A stretch of 64,000 bases of DNA from the human T2T-CHM13v2.0 reference genome, Homo sapiens. The stretch lies in the NCBI RefSeq assembly GCF_009914755.1, contig NC_060934.1; one strand, given 5' to 3'. Position 1 is the first letter of the stretch. Every line of letters begins with the position of its first letter. A model generated the notes under the pieces. It was not told the DNA's origin, searched no databases, and saw nothing but the letters and a program-made list of their open reading frames with translations. The translations under genes and the position numbers were made by a program. Of the stretch, positions 44,400 to 62,952 are shown one piece after another.

Positions 44400-45140
44400 T
44401 GATATGAAATACATTTAGTCTGAGTCCCCAGCTCCTGTCACACAGCTCCTAAAATCGTAGGAATTTCCTGAGTGCTAGGAATGTCTTAGTTATTCACAAC
44501 AAATCCCTTCATCACGCCAGAGTTTATGCTAAAGAAGTGATTTAGGGTGGGGCCCCAAGGTAGCCTTAGGCTGGGGCTGCTCAACGGGTGATTAGTGGAT
44601 TGGAAAGGCAGAGGGGGTGGGGGAGGGAGGGGTTCAGGAGATGATGCTCCATAGAAACTTTTGAACAAGGAGTTGCTGAACACTTCGAGTTGCTGGGAGG
44701 TCAGTGTGCACAGTCAAGGTACGGAAGCTTTGTGACACCTCCTTCCACAATCATGCCCTTTGCATATCTTCTTGGAGTGATCATTTGTGTCCTTCATAAT
44801 ACATTGGTTAACATAAGTAGAGCATTTCCCCTGAGTTCTGTGAGCCATCCTAGCAAATTATCACAGCCGAGGAGGGGGGTTGTGGGACCCCTGATTTATA
44901 GTCAGTCAGAAGCACAGGTCACTGTCTGGGACATGTAATTGGTGTCTCAAAATGGCGGCAGTCTTGTGGGACTAAGCCCCTATCTGTGGGCTTCAGATAG
45001 CATCAGAATTGAATTGAGTTAGAGGACACCCAGTTGGCATCTGCTGGAGAATTTTGGTGTGTGTGTGTGTGAAAACCCCCATAAATCTGATAAATATTCT
45101 GAGCTGCATTCAGTGCGAGTAGGGAGAAAAAACTTTTTTC
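44400..45140 (+). mobile_element. MER21-family LTR-like element
   Basis: Contains MER21-type blocks (cacacagctcctaaa...ggaatttcctgagtg; tttcccctgagttctgtgagccatcctagcaaatta; gaattgaattgagttagaggacacccag). Boundaries are approximate. Confidence 0.65.
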
Positions 45141-45174
45141 CCTTAATTTGTGACCAATAAATGCCAATTCTTGA

Positions 45175-45405
<231 letters not shown>

Positions 45406-45412
45406 TGAGTAA

Positions 45413-45640
<228 letters not shown>

Positions 45641-45922
45641 TAGCTCACTGCAGCCTTCACCTCCTGGGCTCAAGCAATCCTCCTGCCTCAGCCGTCTGGG
45701 TAGCTGGGACTATAGGTGTAAGCCACAGTGCCCAGCCTCCTTGAGTTTTTTCTACTTGAAATTTTTCTTTCTCCTTTGAATTCCTCGCCCAACTGACAGC
45801 ATTAGATCTTCACAAATGCTACTGCTGGCTTCTGCTGCTACAAGATGTATCTTGCCCAGCTTCCCCGCTATCCCCCAGGACCATGCAGAGTGTGCTGTCC
45901 CAGATCACCAAGGGACAACTGA

Positions 45923-46240
<318 letters not shown>

Positions 46241-46335
46241 TAATCCTGGCACTTTGGGAGGCTGAGGTGGGCGGATTGCCTGAGCTCCGGGGTTGAGACC
46301 AGCCTCGACAACATGGTGAAACCCCGTCTCTACTA

Positions 46336-46536
<201 letters not shown>

Positions 46537-46722
46537 TCAGCCTCCTAAAGTGCTAGGATTACAGGCATGAGCCACCGCGCCCAGCCTATTTTATTTTTTA
46601 TTTTATTATTTATTTACTGAGTTAGGGTCTTGCTATGTTGCTTAGGCTGGTCTCAAACTCCTCACACATCAGCATCCTAAGCAGCTGGTCCCACAGGCAT
46701 GGGCCACCTAACCCAAATTAAT

Positions 46723-46723
<1 letters not shown>

Positions 46724-46760
<37 letters not shown>
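46724..46760. repeat. (TATC)n tetranucleotide microsatellite
   Basis: About 9 perfect TATC units. Confidence 0.9.
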
Positions 46761-46761
<1 letters not shown>

Positions 46762-46859
46762 ATCAGACCCTGATCTCCATATAGGAAATAATGAGTTTGT
46801 CTTCCTTAGTTACTATCTAATTTGTACTACCAGGATTGTATAAAATTCCTAACACTTAG

Positions 46860-47123
<264 letters not shown>

Positions 47124-49004
47124 TAGCCAGGATGGTCTCGATCTCCTGACATCTTGATCTGCCCACCTGGGCCTCCCAAAGTGCTGGGATTACAGGCGTG
47201 AGCCACCGTGCCCGGCCAACCTGGCTAATTTTTGTATTTTTAGTAGAGACAGGGTTTCACCTTCTTGGCCAGGCTTGTCTTGAACTCCTGACCTCATGAT
47301 CCGCCTTGGCCTCCAAAAGTGCTGGGATTACAGGCGTGAGCCACCATGCCTGGCAGAGATTATATTCTTTAGGAAAGAATCTCTGTGTGTGTATGTGTGT
47401 TTGAGGAGGTTATTCTATATTATATATATAATTTCCACCTCTGCCAGGTCACTAACCAAGATAATTTGGTAAGCAGAGTAGCTAAGATGTTTTAGAGATA
47501 GAGCAATAGTAAAATGAGAAATAACTGTAGAGGGAACTTGAGTTAGGTTTGGATGAGTTAGATAAGTGCAGTTCCTATACCCTTATGACATAATTTTCAT
47601 ACCTCTTTTTAAAAGAGGTGACTGGAAAAAAGACATTCTTGCTGTTACTTGGGGAAGAAAATGGGGTAAGTTAGTTATAAGGATAGTGGAAAATTGCCTA
47701 AACATTTATTCTTTGTTATTGAGGTCTGGAAAGAATTGCACTTTATTTTCTTCTCCCTGAGTAGTCACCTCATGTTATTGTTTAATTTCCCATGACTTGT
47801 TAAACCTTTTAGACTTTATGGAAACATCTGGCCCCTTTCCTGACAGATGAACCCGATCAGGTTGCTGGGTGCCAAGATGGTTTTTAATATCATCTACATG
47901 CTGATGACTCTCAATTTGTTTCTTCAAGATAACTCTCCTTCCCAAACTCGAAATTGTCCCAGACTTGGCCAGTGGGAGAGACCTGTCCTTTTTTGATGGA
48001 CATTTAGATGGTTTCCAGTTTTTCACCATTGTGAAACATAATGAAAATATTTTATTGACACAGACTCAATTCAGCCCTCAGAGCCTTTGCACTTGCTTTT
48101 TCCTAAGCCTGCAATCTTCTTCCAGCTTCCTCCCTTACTTTTTTCAGTCTACTCAATGTGGTCTTCCTTGATTGCTGAATTCAAAATTAAAATTCTGGTC
48201 AGGGGCAGTGGCTCATGCCTGTAATCACAACTACTTGGGAGGCTGAGATACAAGAATTGCTTGAACTTGGGAGGAAGGTTGCAGTGGGACAAGATTGCAC
48301 TACTGCACTCCAGCCTGGGCGACTGAGTGAGACTCCCTCTCAAAAACAAACAGGCCAGGCGCGTTGGCTCTCTGGGAGGCCGAGGCAGGTGGATCACCTG
48401 AGGTCAGGAGTTTAAGACCAGCCTGACCAACAAGGTGAAACCCCATCTCTGCTAAAAAAACACAAATTAGCCACACGTGGTGGTGCATGCCTTTAGTCCC
48501 AGCTATTCAGGAGGCTAAAGCAGAATTGCTTGAACCTGGGAGGCGAAGGTTGCAGTGAGCCGAGATCGGGCCACTGCACTCCAGCCTGGGCGACGGAGCA
48601 AGATTCCATCTCAAAAAAAAAAAAACCCAAAAAACAAAACACACACACACACACACAATTATTTTAGAAGCACACATGCACTTAGAATCCTTTTAGAAGC
48701 ACTCATTGGGTTTTTTGTTTGTTTGTTTGTTTGTTTTGAGACAGGGTCTTGATCTTTCCTCCAGGCTGACATGCAAGTCATACAATCTTGGCTCACTGCA
48801 ACCGCCTCCCAGACTCAGGTGATTCTCCCATCTCAGCTTCCCGAGTAGCTGGGAAAACAGGCATGCACCACCATGCCTGGCTAAGTTTTATATTTTTAGT
48901 AGAGATTTCACTATGTTGCCCAGGCTGGTCTCGATCTCCTGGGTTCAAGTGATCCTCCCCCCTCTGCCTCCCTAAGTGATGAAATTACAGGCATGAGCCA
49001 CTGA

Positions 49005-49304
<300 letters not shown>

Positions 49305-50414
49305 TAAGCCACTGTGCCCGGCTATTTTTTTTTTTAATTGCAATCTTCCCCAGCATTTCCCATCCCCTTCCCTGCCTTTTCCCCCCACTTTATCCCGGTG
49401 CTATCACTATCTGATACACTATATATTCTGCTCATTTATTTTCTTTATTTTCTGTGCCCCGACTCTTACAACACGATGGAATGCAAGCTCTACAAGGACG
49501 GAGGTTTCCTTTTGCTCACTTTTGTTTCCCCAAGTTTGGAATTGTGTCTGGCACTAAGTAGGGACTCAAGGGGAATGAGTGTTACCATGGACATCATTCT
49601 ATATAGTTGTATGATTTTCCTATTTCAATACATTTTAAAGTTAATCCAGTTAATTGACAAAAGCCAGGATATTTCTATTTTATGATAGTCCTTTTCCTTT
49701 TGTTCTTCATGAAAATTAGATTATGTTGGATTTTTCCTTTTCCTTTTTTTGGGGGCAGGGAGATGGGTCTTGCTGTGGTTGCCCAGGATGGCCTCAAACT
49801 CTTGGGCTCAAGTAATCCTCTTGCCTCAGTCTCCCGAGTAGCTGGGATGGTGCGCACTATTATGCCCACCTGAAAGTCAGGATTTTTTTTAAGACAGTAT
49901 CTTGCCCTGTCACTCAGGCTGGAGTGCAGTGGCTTTACCAAAGCTCACTGCAACCTGAAACTCCTGGGCTCAAACAGTCCTCCTGCCCCAGCCTCTCAAA
50001 GTGTTAGGATTACAGGTGTGTGCCCAGCCTTGAAAATCAAGTTTTATAAGTCAAACTCTCCCTGCATTCCTTTCTTTTTATCTAGGTAGAATGTTTCTAA
50101 CAAGATTTTAACAAGTAACCTTTTGAAGCATTGACTCAGAAGGGTCAATTTTTGTCCATAAGATTTATTTCACGGAAGGCAGCTATGCTAACCCCTATAC
50201 CATCAACGGGTCATATAAGATTTATTTCAGGCCTGGTGTGGTGGCTCACGCGTGTAATCCCAGCACTTTGGGAGGCCAAGGCAGGCAGATCACCTGAGGT
50301 CAGGAGTTCGAGACCAGCCTGACCAACAAGGTGAAACCCCATCTCTTCCAAAATAATAATAATAATAATAATAACATAGCTGGGTGTGGTGGCGCACACC
50401 TGTAAGCCGAACTA

Positions 50415-50522
<108 letters not shown>

Positions 50523-51389
50523 TCAAAAAAAAATTTATTTCAAATGCCACATTTCTGATTTTATTCAGCCAAGGTACTTTGATTGTGCCATTGAAAACAC
50601 GAGTGCAGTCATCAGTTTGCTCTGCCAGCCTGGAATCTCTGTTCCTTCTGTGTAGGAGGCAAATTTTATTCATCCTTGTATGCCTACATTGTAGTGCAAG
50701 AATACATTTGTATGAATCAATCAGTGAGGAAGGTTAAAAGTTTAGGAATCTTTCCCAGAACAGCCCGGTTATGCTTATGTGTATAAGAATAAAATCTAAG
50801 TGCAGAATGGGGGTAGAATGGTGTGAAATGCAATGAGGGACTGAATCCTTTCTCTTCACTTGAAGTTTGACCTGGAAGGAATGAAGATTCCATGAACAGC
50901 ATTTTCCTTACCACGGTGACCCCATTAAAATCCTGGATTCCCTTGTCTGTGTCATGACTGCTGGAAGAAGCAATAGCTATCAAACATTTAGAGAAAAATT
51001 CAGATGCCCTAGTCAGTCTTAATTCTGGCGTAATGCCACTGGTTATTCCTCCTAATTCGGAAAACTTAGCTCTTCCTGCCCTTTCATTTCCTCATTCATA
51101 AAGTGAATACGACCACCACTGAGGTCCAGGGCCAAATAACTAACAGAAATATTATGATGAACTTTGCAGACATCCAGCCCAGAGTCAGGGAACACAGCCC
51201 TCATCTGGTTTCTCTCTTTGGTGTTGAGGGCGGTTTTCCGTTGCTGGCGACCTAGACATTGCTCAATGGTGTCATCTCTGACCTGGCACCTTCTTCATAC
51301 ATTTATAAACATGCAATTTAGAGATCCTAAAAACTTTTTCTAGAGCTCCCCTGGGAAAAAAGTTAATGACAAAATCTTGACACCTCTCT

Positions 51390-53430
51390 ACGTCTTCTTC
51401 GGAGACAGAGAAGTTGAGAGAGGTGGAGAACGAGGGGGAGGGGGAGGGGGTCGAGAGGGAGTCGAGGAGGGATTCCAGCTCCAGTTTGGGTAAATCCAGC
51501 TCGCGTTTTGTCTCTCGCTCAACTGTGCAGGGTCCAGCGAAGGCAGAGCCCCAGCTTCACTCCCTGAGGTCTGTCCTGGGGAGACACTGCTGCTCCGGGG
51601 GGCTGACCTGGCGGGGAGTGGCCGCGCAGTCTGCTCCGGCGCCGCTTTGTGCGCGCAGCCGCTGGCCCCTCTACTCCCGGGTCTGCCCCCCGGGACACCC
51701 CTCTGCCTCGCCCAAGTCATGCAGCCCTACCTGCCTCTCCACTGTGGACCTTTGGGAACCGACTCCTCACCTCGGGGGCTCGGGCCTTGACTGTGCTGGG
51801 AGCCGGTAGGCGTCCTCCGCGACCCGCCCGCGCCCCTCGCGCCCGACGGGGCCCCGGGCTCCAAAGTTGTGGGGACCGGCGCGAGTTGGAAAGTTTGCCC
51901 GAGGGCTGGTGCAGGCTTGGAGCTGGGGGCCGTGCGCTGCCCTGGGAGTGTGACCCGGCCAGCGGTGAGTTGGGGCCGGGGCAGAGGGCAGGGGTGCGGG
52001 GAGCGAGGACTCCGACGCCGAGGCCCGAGGGGGGTCCGGGAGGCGGCGCTCGGCGCGGGCTGGATGTGGCCGGGGCTCTGCGTCCTTGGCTCTCCCGCTG
52101 CCTCAGGGGTGGGCTCGTTCCCCGCCTCGACCCCCCACCCCGGGACGCTCGGGACGCTTTTGTTGCCGGAGATAAACAATGCCCCCGGCCGGAGGTATCG
52201 GCCACCCGCTCCGGAGGCCCCGCCACAGCGCCGGGTTGGGGGCAGCGGGGGCGCCTGGGGCTCTGACCCCGGGCTGCGGTGGAAGCGGGGCTGGGGGAGG
52301 GCAAGTGTGGCGTGGGGGAGATGGCTGAATATACCAGCGGTTGGTTCCCTGGCCCCTTTGGGGAGTTGGAGGTCGGGGCGCCTCGGGGTGAGGAGAGGCT
52401 AGAGTCTGTGCAAGTTGTGAGTGGGGAGTCCGGGCTGTCCCGTGCTCAAGCGTACCCCCTAAACAAGTTTTCTCCCTCCCCCCATATATATATGAGAGAC
52501 AGGTTGGTAGGGAAACGCTTTGGCGCCTGTCTCCCCGAGAGTTTTGGGACGGCAGCTCCAGGGATGAAACGTTTGGAGTGGAGGCAGTGGTGCAGTCTTG
52601 CTAGGAGTTGGCTGGGAGTTGTAAGGATCAGGGAAGAAGGGAAGAGGGAGTAGAGTGTGTTCTGTCAAAATGGCATTTAAGAAACTCATTTATGAGCACC
52701 ACTGGGTCGCTGGACGCGCTGGCCTTGCGATCCCATCAGTCCCCGTCTGGCGGGATCCCGGAGCGGGCCCCGAGGGTGGGAGGTGCGCGGAGCTGGGTGC
52801 TGGGGCTGGTCGTGCAGCACGTGAGGGGCCTGGTCCTCGCTCTCGGGCGAGGAGGCGGCCGCACAACCTACCGCCCCCAGAGAAAAAATGCTCTCCTCTC
52901 TCTCTGTGCTTCCCTCCCTCCCTCCCTCTCCCCCGCTCCGGTACCCCCCTCTCTCGCCCCAGGCTCTTGAATATATATATATATATATTCTACAAGAAGT
53001 GGTCTGGAAGGGACTGGCCGACGCTGGTAATCTTTCCACGTGAACGAGAAACCCACGCTGGGCATTTCTGATCCACTAAAAACTAAAGTGTTTCCAAAAG
53101 AACACTTAAAGCTTCAGCCTCGGAGTCTTTCCCGCGCCCCCAACTCGTCCCTCTCCCAAATTAACCAACCTTTCTGCATACGTCTCTTAGGGTGCCTCTT
53201 CCCCTCCGTCCCGGTTCCACTCCTGGGCACTAAACGAGCTGCACAATATGTCCTAGTAATGACTGCTTTTTGAAGAAATGTTTGAAAAGTGCTGCAAGAC
53301 CTTGGAGCGAGAACAGGATTAGGTACACAGCCCTGGGCCGGCGGGGTGAGCCGCGCGCGCCACTGGAAGAGCGGCGCTGTATAGCAGCAGCCCCAGGTCT
53401 CCCCTGGACCTGAGTGTGCTCGGCGTCCCC
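51390..53430 (+). promoter_or_regulatory. TET1: TET1 CpG island / promoter and proximal intron 1
   Basis: About 2 kb of high GC and CpG density, free of Alus, surrounding exon 1. Confidence 0.88.
51559..51964 (+). other. TET1: TET1 non-coding exon 1 (5' boundary approximate)
   Basis: Matches the recalled TET1 5'UTR (AGACACTGCTGCTCCGGGGGG...CGGCCAGCG) and ends at a consensus donor GCG|GTGAGT (51964/51965). Confidence 0.85.
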
Positions 53431-54777
53431 ACCCCCAATATAAAGTAAAATAAAAGCAATGGTTTAATTAGGCCTCAGGATACGAAAAATATGGAAAAGG
53501 CGCTTCTTAACCAGTAAGGGCAACAGTTATTTGGAGCACACTAGGAATTTATGACTACAATTAAACCAGGGGCAGGGGTACACGTAGATAGGTACGGAAA
53601 TAAGGAGATTGGTGTGAGTTAATAATCGAAAGACTTAGGTGAATCAAACCAAGAATCAAAAGACTTAGGTGGCTTTTGGTGTGTTTCCGATTTTATCGGT
53701 ATTGATCATACGGGTCCCCCTTTTCCCCAATTAAGGGATTTTTAATTAGTTTGTCAGTCTTTAAAGCTAAGTTGTGGTTTCAATTAAATTTCAGAATCAA
53801 GATATACGGGAAATGGCAGACAGTGTCCTTTTCTCTTTGCAAAGATGAGGAGTCCAGGCTTACAACTCTGGGACTGCCACTTTCCATTTTAATAAGAGTT
53901 AACTATCGCTCTCCGGGCTGGTCTCCCAGAATAGATGGGTGGGAGGGTTGGGTCTCCACTGTCCCTGCCCTTTGTTTCTCTTCCTTCTCCCATCTGATTT
54001 GTCTCCCCTCCCCCACCTTCTGAGCGTCCGTATCTTCCCTGCACACTTGATTTCCCCTATCCCCTTGGTCTTTTAGTTTTCGGCCTTTTGATCCCAGTTG
54101 CCTTTTTATGTTCTAGCTTTATTACTATAGATGTCGAACCCCTTCCTCAGTTTTTACTATAAGTAATTTTTGCCCTTCCTCAGTTTTTTACTATACATTT
54201 CTTCCCCTTCTTTCGTTTTTGGCCTTTTTTGTTTTCTTTTTGGGCATTTTCTTCCTTCTCTTGCTTTTTCTTCTACTTCCTCCTGTTGTGTGTTATGTCT
54301 TTCTTGTCTTCGGAAGGACAGTTCTATGTCCATTCTAACGTCTCCCTTCCCTTTTCTTGGCCCTTTTCCCCCCTTTTTTCCCCCTTCCTCTCTGCAGGGC
54401 AGAGGGGTGTTTTACATATGGAAGGAGCCATTGACTAAATGTGCTGGCATTCTAGTGAGTTTCCCTGAACAGCTTTTACATGTGCCGAGGGCTCTCACAC
54501 TTCCTGTGGTAGAAAACTATCTAGGAACAGCAAGCAGTTGCCTGCCTGCTCTTCCTTTCGAGGTAGAACTTAGTTGCTGGAGGAAACTGAGCCAGGTGCT
54601 GCCTTTTTTAAAAAATGTTTTAAATCTTGTTTTTCTCTGCCAAGTGCAAGAGCCTTTAAGTTCTGTAGAGCTGAATGGAGGGACTATGAAATCAGTCTCT
54701 TGCAACTAGCTCTATGTATGCAAATACCACGTTTTTGGCCACTGCTGGTAGTGGGAAGAATTGAAATATGACTTTAA

Positions 54778-55140
<363 letters not shown>

Positions 55141-55329
55141 TGATCTGCCTGCCTCGGCCTCCCAAAATGCTTAGATTACAGGCAAGAACCACCGCACCAG
55201 CCAGTTCTTTGCAGAAAACCCTTACACTTTAAGAAGCCAGCTTTTCATTCTCTAAGCAAGGTAATTATTTTTAAAAGTTAGTTGGGTTATTATCTCCTAG
55301 CCTATAATTTTGGATTGCATACTCTGTAG

Positions 55330-55731
<402 letters not shown>

Positions 55732-56686
55732 TGAGTAATGTTTTACATCCCAGAAATGGTTTTTTGTTTTTCCCTTCCATGACAGTAAGAACTCACAGGA
55801 TGGTGTCCATTAATTGCACATGATTCCCTTCTTGGCCAATGATAGATGCTTAATAACAGGGTCTCCAGTCTTATTTTCTTCTCATATCATGTTATCATGT
55901 AGCTATCTCTGCAGCACTTTCACTGACTCTTGAAGACATTCCAGGTTAGAATAAAAGTGACTTTCTCATGCCTGTAATCCCAGTGTTTTGGGAGGCTGAG
56001 GCAGGAGGATCACTTGAGGCTAGGAGTTCAAGACCAGTCTGGGCAACATAGTGAGATCACCCTTGATCCTCATCTCTACAAAAAATAAAAAGAACTTAGC
56101 CAGGCATGGTGGCCTGTGCTTGTAATTCCCGCTACCGGGGTGGCTGAGATGGGAGGATCACTTGAGTCTAGGAGTTTAAGGCTATAGTTAGCGATGATCA
56201 CAGCACTGCACTCCAGCCTGGGCAACAGAGCAAGACCTGTCTCAAAAAAACAAAACAAACCTGATATTGAGAAACATTGAAATATCAGTTTTTATCAGAA
56301 ATGAAAAATGGAAGTAGAATTAGGGAAGAGTGTACACGGGAGAGATTTGACTGCTGGAAATATTTTAGTTCATCTGAGTGGTAGGATCTGAGTATTTATT
56401 TGAAAATACACATTTTTTCTGGACATGGTGGCCCACACCTGTAGTCCTAGCACTTGAAGAGGCTCAGGAGGGCAGATGACTTGAAGCTAGGAGTTTGAGA
56501 GTGGCCTGGGCAGCATAGTGAGACCACCCTGTCTTTACAAAAGAAAGAAAAAATTAGCCTGGTGTGGTGGCACGTGCCTGTAGTGCCAGCTACTTGGGAA
56601 GCTGAGGTGGGAGGATCACTTAAGCCCAGGAGGTCAAGGCTACAGTGAGCCTTGATATACCTGAGCGACAGAGCAAGACCCTGTTT

Positions 56687-56735
<49 letters not shown>

Positions 56736-59143
56736 ACACACACATTTTTGTATGAATTGAATAATCTATGACAGAAGCACTAAAAATGGAAGCAGAGCAT
56801 TTAATAATGTTTACAAAAAAGAAATTAATTTCTGGAGGTCTTTGAGGTAATTCCATATTTAAATGTGGACCTATTTAATGGAGTGGACTACATTCTCTTG
56901 CCCCTGCCTCCACAAATTTCAGGATAAACTTACTGCCCCTACTCCGTGAGTTCGGCTCTTGGGACAACTTAGTTTGTCACAAAAGAAGTTTATGTTTCAA
57001 TAGTGGAGCCATGAGTGATAAAAATCAGGGTCTTGTGGGAGTCCTTATTTTGTTTCTGGTTGTCTCTGATTCTTTGGCTGGGTGGCACCCAGTGGTTTTC
57101 TCCCCTGCAGTTGGGTTTTTCAGGGGTCATTGGCCTCTTTCATGATCTCATAAAAAGGCTGTTACCATTTAAAGAGGCCACATCTTCGCAATCCATGTTG
57201 TTCATACCTTTTCTATTTCCTTGACAGGCTGTTTTTTAGGAGATAGGGTTTGAATGATAAAGATTATCTTAATTACAAGTCTGAATTTCTAAAGCACTTC
57301 AATTTAAAAATATGAAAGAATATAGGAGAGACAGAAATCAATTTGTAAACCACTTTCAAAGCAGATCCCATGACACCCTCTGGCATACCCAGATTACTTG
57401 CCTACATATATGAATTTTAATTTTTGTGGCTGATTTACAATGACTAGATTATATACTCCTAATAATTTTTTAGCAGTATAATCTTGATACAAGAGAGAAA
57501 GCATGCTTTTAATGATATCGTTGAATTTCAAGAGATTAAAATGAATTGCTTTTTGTAATGAAAATGCATCCTGATGAAGGTATTTGTTGACTTTTTGGAA
57601 ATTGGAATTGGAATGTCTTGTTTTCTGAAAATCTTGTACAAAAAGCAGTGGTCTTTGGAGAAAATATCTTTCAGTTTCTCACAGCCAAAGACTGAATTAC
57701 TGCAAGCCAAAACTTTTTTTTTTTTTTGGAAGAAGGGGAAAGCAGTAAGCTTAGATGCCAAGAATTCAAGTGAAGTATTCTCTGGCCTAGTGTTTGTATT
57801 TAGTACAGATTTATCAAAATGTTATTTTTTGTGTATTTGATGTTATCACTAATGTCTATTTTAAAAGTCTTAAAGACACATTACATTGACTAAATGTAGT
57901 GTGCTCTGGGAATTCTTGTGTGTATAACCTACGTAGTGTGTAAGGTGGGAACAGAACCAAAAGGAGATCTTGTTCTGGAGAATATAGCAAACTCTGAGTT
58001 AAACTGGTTCCATAATAATGATAACTACCACTTATTTTCTCTCTCTCTCTTTTTTTTTTTTTGTATTTTAGAGTTGCAAACAGGCTTTTTTTTTTTAGCT
58101 CCTATTTATGAAACACCTATCATGCGCCAGCCCTGTGCTAAGCCTTTACACATATTATTTCGTTTTATTCTCATGATAACCCAATGAGGTCAATACTATT
58201 AGGTTTTCTTTTGTATTAAACATGAAGAAACATAGGTATAAAGATACCAAGAAACTTGTCACAATCTACTAATATTTATGAACTGAAAACTGAACCCAGG
58301 TCAGCCTACTTCCAACGTCCATCTTTTTACTCTGCTACCCATGTCCCCTGACACTCAAACCACAGATACCACAAGGATGAAACCAGTGCCACTAGTTTTT
58401 TCCTGTGGGAGCCCATTGAAACCTCAAAACTACCTCATTTTAGATGAAGGAACATGGACTCAGCTAAGTAGTTCTCTGAAGGACACAGAGCTGGCGATCA
58501 CAGATTCAAACCCAGGACTTTTTGGTGTGAGATCATCTCTAGACATGAAACTAAACAGTGGGTCCTAGGATTACCTAGGTCAGTCAGTAATTTTTAAACA
58601 GATTGAACCCGGGAGGGTTCAAGTGATTCTCCTGCCTCAGCCTCCCAAGTAGCTGGGATTACAGGCATATACCACCACGCCCGGCTAATTTTGTATTTTT
58701 AGTAGAGACAGGGTTTCTCCATGTTGGTCACGCTGGTCTCAAACTCCCGACCTCAGGTGATCCACCCGTCTCCGCCTCCAATAGTGCTGGGATTACAGGC
58801 ATGAGCCACTGTGCTTGGCCAGGTTTATTTTTTTTTAATCTATTTTTAATTTTTCTCAGACATTGGGAGGCTGAGGCGGGTAGATCACCTGAGGTCAGGA
58901 ATTGGAGACCAGCCTGCTCAACATGCCAAGATCGTGCCATTGAACTCCAGCCTGGGCAATAAGAGTGAAACTCCATCTTAAAAATTAAAAAAAAAAAATC
59001 ATAGAATCAAGACTGTGACAACAGAAAATTAAGACTAGTTGTCATTTGAGACCATTCGTGAGAACATATGGTTCTCACAATGAGAACAAATGGTTACCAA
59101 CAACCGTTTTCCTACACCATGAGACGGAGTTCCTACACCATGA

Positions 59144-59772
<629 letters not shown>

Positions 59773-60344
59773 TGATCTTGAGAGAGACTGTTGATATCCT
59801 ACTATAGTGAGCTTTGCTTTTGCTTAGAGCTTCATCTTATTTTGGGTCTGGGTAGGCAATCTGAAAAGACCCGGGTCAAAACCCAGAGTCAAGTGGTGAG
59901 ACTCCATCTCCACAAAAATTAAATATTTAGACTGGCGTGGTGGCACATGCCTGTGGTCCCAGCTATTCGGGCAGCTGAGGTGGGAGGATTGCTTGAACCC
60001 AGGAGGTTGAGGCTGTAGTGAGCTGAGTTAGCACTACTGCACTCCAGTCCAGGTGACAGAGTGAGACCCTGTCTCAAAAAAAAAGAAAAAGAAAAAGACC
60101 TGTGGGATCTTGTAGAAGGGATTTTAGAACCAGCAGTCTTTGGATTGAGTCAGGAGAAAGAAAAGAGGGACATTTCTGGGTTTGGGCAGTGTCCACCACA
60201 ATGCCTTCCTTAGACATAGCAGGTACTCAACAGATGTATTGGACCTGTGAGTCTTATTTGTAACCTAATTTGTCAATACTGTCTCCTGAGATTTTATGCT
60301 GTTTTGGTGTGCATGTGAAAAGCTCAAAATCTGTGGATTGTTAA

Positions 60345-60635
<291 letters not shown>

Positions 60636-61177
60636 TGATCCGCCCACCTCGGCCTCCCAAAGTGCTGGGATTACAGGCGTGAATCACCACGCCTGGCCAG
60701 TTTCTTACCTTATATGAGCCTCTTCTTCCTCTGGTTTAACCAGCTTTACTGTCAAACAGATGATACTTCTCCCAGTATAGGGATATGCTCAGGAAAGAGA
60801 TAATTTTTAAAGTATCCAAATTTGTAAAGATTGGGATTTAAGCTTTAAAACATATATAATGGCTAGGCATGCTGGTTCACACCCGTAATCTCCGCACTTG
60901 GGGAGGCGGGGAGGATTGCTTGGGGCCAGGAGTTCAAGGTTACAGTGAGGTATGATCATGTCACTGCACTGCAGCCTGGGCAACAGGGAGACCTGTTTCA
61001 AAAAAATAATAATAATAAATTAATTAATTAAAAATGCATGAAACTACAAGGGGTGTGGTTTCTAATGTAGAGAAAACCCCATGCTTACCTTATTTGAGGA
61101 ACTTCATCAACTTAAATCATTTGTTGTAGCAATTAAAGAAGCTTTATAGTGAATCTAAGGTTTAAAGGATACTTTAG

Positions 61178-61790
<613 letters not shown>

Positions 61791-61827
61791 TACTTTCTGT
61801 GTTGATTATATTTTTCTTTTGCAGTAA

Positions 61828-62094
<267 letters not shown>

Positions 62095-62170
62095 TGATCT
62101 GCCTGCCTCAGCCTTCCAAAGTGCTGGGATTACAGGTGTGAACCACCGCGCCTGGCCTAATTATTTTTAA

Positions 62171-62410
<240 letters not shown>

Positions 62411-62413
62411 TGA

Positions 62414-62545
<132 letters not shown>

Positions 62546-62548
62546 TGA

Positions 62549-62656
<108 letters not shown>

Positions 62657-62862
62657 TAGTTGAGATTATAGGTGTGCACCACCACACTCAGCTAATTTTT
62701 TTTTTTTTTTGGCCAGGCTAGTCTGAAACTCCTGACCACCTCAGCCTCCCAAAGTGCTAGGATTACAGGCGTGAGCCACTGCGCCCGGCAATTTTTGTAT
62801 TTTTAGTAGAGATGGGGTTTCACCATGTTGGCCAGGCTGGTCTCAAACTCCTGACCTCATGA

Positions 62863-62952
<90 letters not shown>

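Noticed and set aside
51388-53273. Overlapping 110-205 aa ORFs on both strands at the TET1 promoter
   Set aside because: Stop-poor GC-rich CpG island; Pro/Gly/Arg-rich with no recognisable domain, and several cross the exon 1 donor.
54170-54709. 179-aa hydrophobic ORF in TET1 intron 1
   Set aside because: Produced by pyrimidine-rich low-complexity sequence (Phe/Leu/Ser bias) with no domain or exon signals.
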